Positions 58,800 through 64,000 of a stretch of 64,000 bases of DNA are shown piece by piece. The notes under the pieces are model-generated. The model ran no database searches. It saw only the letters and a list, made by a program, of their open reading frames with translations, and was not told the DNA's origin. Within the stretch, counting starts at the first letter, position 1. The number at the start of each line of letters is the position of its first letter. Location of the stretch: IMG/VR virus record IMGVR_UViG_3300028197_000002; one strand, given 5' to 3'. Origin of the DNA: a virus. Taxonomy: Duplodnaviria > Caudoviricetes. A program made the position numbers and the translations under genes.

Positions 58800-59715
58800 C
58801 GAAAGCACCTTATCTAAAACATTAGATTCAATTAATAACATTAAATCTAAAAAAATAATATTAGATTTGGGAAGCACTGACAAAACAATTGAAATATGCT
58901 CTGGTTATGATGGATTAAAATTATTTAATTTAGATGAAGAGAAAAGCTATGCAGAGATAAGAAATGAGTTCGCAGAAAAAGACCAAGCCAATGTGTACTT
59001 AAATCCTTGGGACACATTGATTAAAGGCGAAGACTTCTTAAACGATATAATTGAGAATCAAGAAAAATGGAATGACCCATTTTTTGTTTATGTCTTGGAA
59101 AACAAAATAATATCAAAAGAAATAAGAATTTGGAAAAATCAAAAGTTTGAGAATCCAGTCTATGAATCAATAAATGCTGCTGGTGAATTGGAACCAAGAA
59201 TAATAATTTATTCTAATTCGAACCAAGCAGAAGATAGAAGACAAGAAAATTTAAATAAAACAAACAAGTGGATAAAAGAAAAGCCTTTGTCTTTAGAGCC
59301 TTATTATTATGCGGCTTGTTGCCATCTCTCTTTAAGAAACTATGAAAAATTTATTTACTACTCTGATAAATATTTTTTAAAAGAAACAAAAGTTGGAGAT
59401 TCTTACATAATTTTAAAATACTACAATGCACAAGTCAAACTGCACTTAAAAAAAATAAAATCTGCCGTGGAGTGTGTTCTTTTTTGCTTGTCCTACAAAC
59501 CTTGCATGTCAGAGTTTTGGTGCTTGTTAGGTGATATTTATTACAATCAAAAAAAGATAAACAAAGCAATTTCTTTTTATGAAAACGCTTTGATAATTGG
59601 ACAAAAAAGAAAAAACTCTGATTTTCTTCCGATAGAGCTGGTTAGCTATAAAGAATACCCAGAACAAATGATAAAAGCATTAAATAAAATTAAAAATGAA
59701 GCCAAGCCTATTTAA
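58762..59715 (+). CDS. degenerate GT2 plus TPR protein
   Basis: IITKNNESTL, LDLGSTDKT; C-terminal TPRs (EFWCLLGDIYY). Confidence 0.75.
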   Translation: MKMTTIQIITKNNESTLSKTLDSINNIKSKKIILDLGSTDKTIEICSGYDGLKLFNLDEEKSYAEIRNEFAEKDQANVYLNPWDTLIKGEDFLNDIIENQEKWNDPFFVYVLENKIISKEIRIWKNQKFENPVYESINAAGELEPRIIIYSNSNQAEDRRQENLNKTNKWIKEKPLSLEPYYYAACCHLSLRNYEKFIYYSDKYFLKETKVGDSYIILKYYNAQVKLHLKKIKSAVECVLFCLSYKPCMSEFWCLLGDIYYNQKKINKAISFYENALIIGQKRKNSDFLPIELVSYKEYPEQMIKALNKIKNEAKPI

Positions 59716-60092
59716 TATACAATATCTAATTCATTAACCACAACAGTGACATTGTCTTCGAATCTAGCCACATCAAGCTGCTTTCTTCCCGGCCCTAATC
59801 TTCTAAGATTTTTTTCTAACTCGTCCATGTGGCAATTTATCACTGTCCATTGATTCTCAGATAGTTTTTGAACTTGTTCATCTAAATTTTCAATTTCTGA
59901 ACTTGGGTAATATTTTTCTAGTTGTTCTGCGCATTCTTTTATTATTTTTTTATAAAGAGGAACGTGGCAAGGGCATCCCGGATTATTCAAGAACTCGTCA
60001 ACTTCTTTTTCTAAAGATTTTGGCAAAGACTGTCTAAATCTAGAATCTTTCAAAGCTTTCTTAACTTCAATTAATCCTATTTTTCTACTCAT
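59712..60092 (-). CDS. hypothetical protein
   Basis: 126 aa ORF; NPGCPC. Confidence 0.7.
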   Translation of the reverse strand: MSRKIGLIEVKKALKDSRFRQSLPKSLEKEVDEFLNNPGCPCHVPLYKKIIKECAEQLEKYYPSSEIENLDEQVQKLSENQWTVINCHMDELEKNLRRLGPGRKQLDVARFEDNVTVVVNELDIVY

Positions 60093-60351
60093 CTTTATTC
60101 TCCTTAAATTTTCTTTTAAATTCTATCATTTCTTTTTTCCAAACTTCTTGCTCTTTTAATATTTTTTTTAATTTAATGTCTTCTTCCATTTTCTTTTGTG
60201 GATCTAAAGCCTGTCTTATCCTTAATAATCTTCCGCAAGAAAGACACTTGCAATTTTCTGCGTTTTCGTCTTTGTTTAAGATTTTCTTCCAATTGCAATA
60301 TTCGCAATAAAACATTTGGACTTTACTCATTATTTTCTTTTTCTTCGCCAA
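60085..60351 (-). CDS. Zn-ribbon protein
   Basis: CEYC...CLSC. Confidence 0.6.
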   Translation of the reverse strand: MAKKKKIMSKVQMFYCEYCNWKKILNKDENAENCKCLSCGRLLRIRQALDPQKKMEEDIKLKKILKEQEVWKKEMIEFKRKFKENKDE

Positions 60352-60661
60352 AATCTACTATGCTTTTAGCTTCTAAATAATTTAAATAAGTTGCTGCCCA
60401 TGTAGCTATGAAGCTTCCTGCCATGCCGCACATAAATACAACGAAAGGATCTTTAGATATTAAAAAATATCCACTTAAAAAACCAATCCAAGTCCCACAG
60501 CATTGATAGCAAGATACAAGTTTATCCAACCAAACAGGACATCTTTTTTCTATAAAGCCTCTAATCGGTCTAGCGATTGTTGCTGGGTCCACGATGATAT
60601 GAGTGAAGCCTATAACCGACAAAATAAATAAAAGTAAATTTGAAAAATGAATTTCAACCAT
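60323..60661 (-). CDS. DUF1360-like membrane protein
   Basis: IARPIR...KLVSCYQCCGTWIG with three TM segments. Confidence 0.7.
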   Translation of the reverse strand: MVEIHFSNLLLFILSVIGFTHIIVDPATIARPIRGFIEKRCPVWLDKLVSCYQCCGTWIGFLSGYFLISKDPFVVFMCGMAGSFIATWAATYLNYLEAKSIVDFGEEKENNE

Positions 60662-60665
60662 CTGA

Positions 60666-61037
60666 CTATCTCCAAAAAGTGATTTTTAATTTGTTTTCTT
60701 TTAGATAAGTTGAAAAACGAGGATAAAGGCTTTCGCTTTCTAAATTCAAATCCAACTCAGCATCCTCAATATCTAATTCCATGTTTTTTACAACATTTTT
60801 ATCTATTTTAGTAATAGTAACAGTAGTGCCTAAATACTTGGAAATTATGTCTTCATGGGCTTTTTTAGATTTATTTAAAAAGTCTAATTTTGCTTTTTGA
60901 CCCATAGCTCTAAGAACGGGAGACATTTGACTCAGTTTCCATTGGTCTCTAATGTGTCTTAAATCTGGTAATTTTTTCCATAGTTTACTATCATTAAATA
61001 TTAGTTCTTCTATGTTGTGAATATTTATTTCAACCAT
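60666..61037 (-). CDS. hypothetical protein
   Basis: 123 aa ORF. Confidence 0.65.
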   Translation of the reverse strand: MVEINIHNIEELIFNDSKLWKKLPDLRHIRDQWKLSQMSPVLRAMGQKAKLDFLNKSKKAHEDIISKYLGTTVTITKIDKNVVKNMELDIEDAELDLNLESESLYPRFSTYLKENKLKITFWR

Positions 61038-61084
61038 ACTCTTATATTAGAAGAAATTTGCAAATTTTACAAGGAGAATTTTAA

Positions 61085-62131
61085 ATGAATGACGAGTTTA
61101 GTCCGCAAAAAATAAATCCTGAAGACATCCAAAGTCCTCAGCCTGTTTCGTCGGCAAAAAACATAGAAACAGAGATGTTGCAAAACAATACAAAAGAAGG
61201 CGCACCAAAGTTTTCAGGCCCAGTTCCACCAGCATTTAAAAGTGCAGTTGCATCAAATAGAGGAGATGCGACATCTACATCTGCGACTAATAATCCACAA
61301 GAAATGAGAGTAACTGGAAGTTCAAAGTTAGAAGAATTAATTGCTGGAATTTCAGCAAGAGGTAATTTAGTTCATGAGAAAATTCTACTTCCCTCTAAGG
61401 GAAGATTTTATGATGGAGAAAATGGACCAGCTGATGGAGTAATTAATATAAGACCAATGACTGGAGAAGAAGAAGAGATATTGGCTACTCCAAGATTTGT
61501 AAAAAGAGGTCAAGCAATTGACATGATTTTCAATAAATGCATGAAAGAAAATTATGACTCAAAAAATTTCCTGACCCAAGACAGAACATACATGTTGATA
61601 TACCTTCGAGGTATTTCTTATACCCCTGAGTACGAAGTGGAAGTCAAAGACCCAGATTCTGATCAAACTTTTGCAACAAGCATAAATCTAAGTGAACTTT
61701 ATGTTGAATATTGTAAAGATGACTTTTCTTCAGAAAATCTTAGAGACACTCTTCCAGTTACAGGATATAGCTTTAGTTATAAGTTAGCCACTGGGAAGGA
61801 TGAAAAAACTGTTCAGGACTACAGAGACAGAAGAGCCAAGAACTTTGATTTATCTGGCCAAGCGGACGATACTCTTTTGTACAGAACAGCTCATATGATT
61901 TCTGAAATCGAAGGGTTGACTGATAAAACTGAGGTGCAAACGTTGCTTAAAAAGTTGCCCATTCAAGATGTTGCTTATCTTAGAACTGTTGTAAATGAAC
62001 CTCCTTTTGGAGTAGATACAAAGGTATCTGTCAACAACCCTTACACTATGAGTGATTTCGAAATGGAGTTACCTTTAGAAGCAAATTTTTTCTTCCCACG
62101 GGCAAAGAAGAAGGCAGTGACCCAAGCTTAG
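61085..62131 (+). CDS. baseplate hub/tail assembly protein (T4 gp26-like)
   Basis: ILLPSKGRFY, IRPMTGEEEEILAT, IYLRGISY, ends LPLEANFFFP. Confidence 0.68.
   Translation: MNDEFSPQKINPEDIQSPQPVSSAKNIETEMLQNNTKEGAPKFSGPVPPAFKSAVASNRGDATSTSATNNPQEMRVTGSSKLEELIAGISARGNLVHEKILLPSKGRFYDGENGPADGVINIRPMTGEEEEILATPRFVKRGQAIDMIFNKCMKENYDSKNFLTQDRTYMLIYLRGISYTPEYEVEVKDPDSDQTFATSINLSELYVEYCKDDFSSENLRDTLPVTGYSFSYKLATGKDEKTVQDYRDRRAKNFDLSGQADDTLLYRTAHMISEIEGLTDKTEVQTLLKKLPIQDVAYLRTVVNEPPFGVDTKVSVNNPYTMSDFEMELPLEANFFFPRAKKKAVTQA
62083..62092 (+). other. candidate -1 ribosomal frameshift site (overlapping A_AAT_TTT and T_TTT_TTC)
   Basis: Two X_XXY_YYZ heptamers in the gp26-like frame; the -1 frame is open from 62056 to 62313. 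Confidence 0.5.
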
Positions 62132-62148
62132 TCTTGTGGAACAATTTG

Positions 62149-62313
62149 ATGGAAGAGTTATTTTTTTTCATGTATCATTTGAAACAATCAAGAGATAATT
62201 TTATGTCTTTGCCCATAAATGAAAGAAAATGGCTTATTGACCGATTTGTTAAGCAAAAAGAAAAAGAAAATGAAGCAATGGAGTCTGCTAGGAGAAAGGC
62301 CAAAACAAGGTAA
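62149..62313 (+). CDS. small gp51-like/tail-chaperone C-terminal ORF (54 aa)
   Basis: Hand translation MEELFFFMYHLKQSRDNFMSLPINERKWLIDRFVKQKEKE. Confidence 0.7.
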   Translation: MEELFFFMYHLKQSRDNFMSLPINERKWLIDRFVKQKEKENEAMESARRKAKTR

Positions 62314-62315
62314 AA

Positions 62316-63062
62316 ATGAATAAAGAAAGAAATCAGAACCTAGTAATAGGCGATACAGTAAACTTAAGATTATTTACTTATAATTCTAATAACAGACAAA
62401 ATGTAAGCTCTGTTGATAAAGTTGAAATATACTTTCTAGATCCAGAATTAATTTCTACAACTAACACTGATGGTCGAAGATTAGTAGCCACAATAGGTAG
62501 CGACCAAGTTCAAATAGTAGACGATCCTTTTGGAGGTCAGTACTTAGTAAGCGATGTCTTAGAAGATCAGGTTTATACGATTGGAAATTACAAGGATGTG
62601 TGGACGGTATCTTTCAATGCGGATCAACAAGGAACTGTTGAAAATTCATTTAATATAATGCCTAATTTATGGTATGCATCAGATACGCCTATAATATATG
62701 ATTTTTCTTTTGGGTTTAGACCAAATAGATTAAGAAAAGGAGAAAGAAGGTGGATTAACATTTATGTTGAGCCAAACGTACCGGAAATTTCTGATTTAAA
62801 AAGATATTATGCGAACCTAGCTGTTTCTTCTCCTTTATATTTAAATATAGAGCAGATTTGTGGAGATTGTGTGCCAAATGAAAAAGATTTAAGAATGGTA
62901 GTTGAAAATGAATTAGTCACCAACAGGAGAGGAACAGAAGGCAGTTATTTTATCGACACTGAAAAATTAGATATGGATCTTGGAATGTACAACATCTGGT
63001 TCGAAATGGAATTTGGAGAAAACAAATATATCTCTGACAATTTACAATTACAAGTATTTTAA
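62316..63062 (+). CDS. putative virion structural protein
   Basis: Beta-rich 248 aa ORF between baseplate and fibre genes. Confidence 0.55.
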   Translation: MNKERNQNLVIGDTVNLRLFTYNSNNRQNVSSVDKVEIYFLDPELISTTNTDGRRLVATIGSDQVQIVDDPFGGQYLVSDVLEDQVYTIGNYKDVWTVSFNADQQGTVENSFNIMPNLWYASDTPIIYDFSFGFRPNRLRKGERRWINIYVEPNVPEISDLKRYYANLAVSSPLYLNIEQICGDCVPNEKDLRMVVENELVTNRRGTEGSYFIDTEKLDMDLGMYNIWFEMEFGENKYISDNLQLQVF

Positions 63063-63065
63063 AAA

Positions 63066-64000
63066 ATGGGCGCACAAACTTTAATAAAATTTAGACGAGG
63101 AACAGATACTGACTGGTCAAATGCTAACCCTACTTTATCCGTAGGAGAGCCAGGATATGACACGACAGCTGAAAAATTTAAAATTGGTGATGGAACAACT
63201 TCATGGTCATCACTTGGATACATAGGCGATGGCAATAGTGGAATAGATGGTTCTGGGACTTCTGGTAATATACCTAAGTTTAGCGATAGTGATACTATCG
63301 GTGATAGTGTGATTAAAGAATCGTCTGGTGGCGAGATAGGAATTGGAAGCATAACTCCAGCAGTTAAAGGCTCAGGAGCAACTGCTCTTTTGGATGTAGA
63401 TGGTCCTATTTTGGCTAGAGGGGGAGTCTCTGCTAATCAAACAGATGCAGGAGTTTTAGATTACGCTAGTAACATATTAAGAGTAAGAGCATACGGAAAC
63501 ACAAGTGGAACAGGCGAAATACAATGGAGAGTAGGTGGAGGTGGTGGTTCTGCTGATGCTCTTGGGATGTACCTTAATAGTTCGAAAGATCTTACTCATT
63601 ACGGCGACACAGCGTTAATTGCCGATGCCAGTTCTTATGAATTAAGCATTAGTGGTTCTGCTGCAACTTTAGGAGGAAATAGACTTCAGCTCTTAGGTGC
63701 TGAGACCGTGGTTAACAATGCCGGATCAACCATTGATTTCAGAGTTGAAGGTGATACTGATGCAAATCTACTATTTGTTGATGCTGATACAGATAGAGTT
63801 GGTATTGGAACGTCATCACCTTCTAGAAAATTACATGTTGTTGGAGATTTATTAATTGATGATGGTAGCGCTATAGTTCTTGATGCTAATGGTCTTAAAA
63901 TTACAGATGATACTATAGGGGCTACTTTAGACTCCAATTGTAGCGATGCTATAGTCATTGGAGAAGGAGCTAGAAATTATTCAGATAAATCTATTAACAT
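63066..64000 (+). CDS. tail fibre with Mtd_N-like N-terminus (runs off the window end)
   Basis: Hand translation MGAQTLIKFRRGTDTDWSNANPTLSVGEPGYDTTAEKFKIGDG; RVGIGTSSPSRKLHVVG; frame open to 64000. Confidence 0.88.
   Translation, partial: MGAQTLIKFRRGTDTDWSNANPTLSVGEPGYDTTAEKFKIGDGTTSWSSLGYIGDGNSGIDGSGTSGNIPKFSDSDTIGDSVIKESSGGEIGIGSITPAVKGSGATALLDVDGPILARGGVSANQTDAGVLDYASNILRVRAYGNTSGTGEIQWRVGGGGGSADALGMYLNSSKDLTHYGDTALIADASSYELSISGSAATLGGNRLQLLGAETVVNNAGSTIDFRVEGDTDANLLFVDADTDRVGIGTSSPSRKLHVVGDLLIDDGSAIVLDANGLKITDDTIGATLDSNCSDAIVIGEGARNYSDKSIN

Noticed and set aside
4982-63958. Many opposite-strand ORFs (for example 4982-5266, 5645-6304, 17451-17954, 44921-45277, 54297-54599, 63059-63352, 63686-63958)
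   Set aside because: They are antisense shadows of well-supported genes with biased codon usage
1-64000. Stop-codon reassignment or a eukaryotic giant-virus origin
   Set aside because: Hallmark genes are intact under the standard code, have SD sites, and are T4-like phage proteins

Overview
AT-rich 64 kb segment of a large T4-like (contractile-tailed) bacteriophage genome, standard genetic code. It carries most of the virion morphogenesis genes: terminase large subunit, intein-containing portal, prohead protease, scaffold, major capsid protein, neck gp13/gp14-like, gp15-like tail terminator, sheath, two tube-like proteins, a gp26-like baseplate/tail chaperone, two Mtd_N tail fibres and a gp55-like late sigma factor. 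Between them lie many accessory genes: about eight glycosyltransferases, two sulfotransferase-like proteins, RmlA, a cupin, a 2OG-Fe(II) oxygenase, four non-structural peptidases (M28, M19, S1, S8), McsA-, YqgE-, Pmp3-, EamA- and DUF1360-like host-type genes, and degenerate Dam and LAGLIDADG homologues. The most striking feature not explained by the ORF track is a ~1 kb minus-strand interval (about 19566-20543) with no credible CDS. It has a sigma70-like promoter, a hairpin plus boxA-like leader, many GNRA-capped and long-range helices, and its own intrinsic terminator, so it is a candidate giant structured non-coding RNA. Other highlights: a triplicated, separately promoted small gene with hypervariable loops; a putative -1 frameshift at the end of the gp26-like gene; and a set of proteins with T4-style capsid-targeting N-termini. 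All family assignments come from motif recognition by eye; no database search was run.
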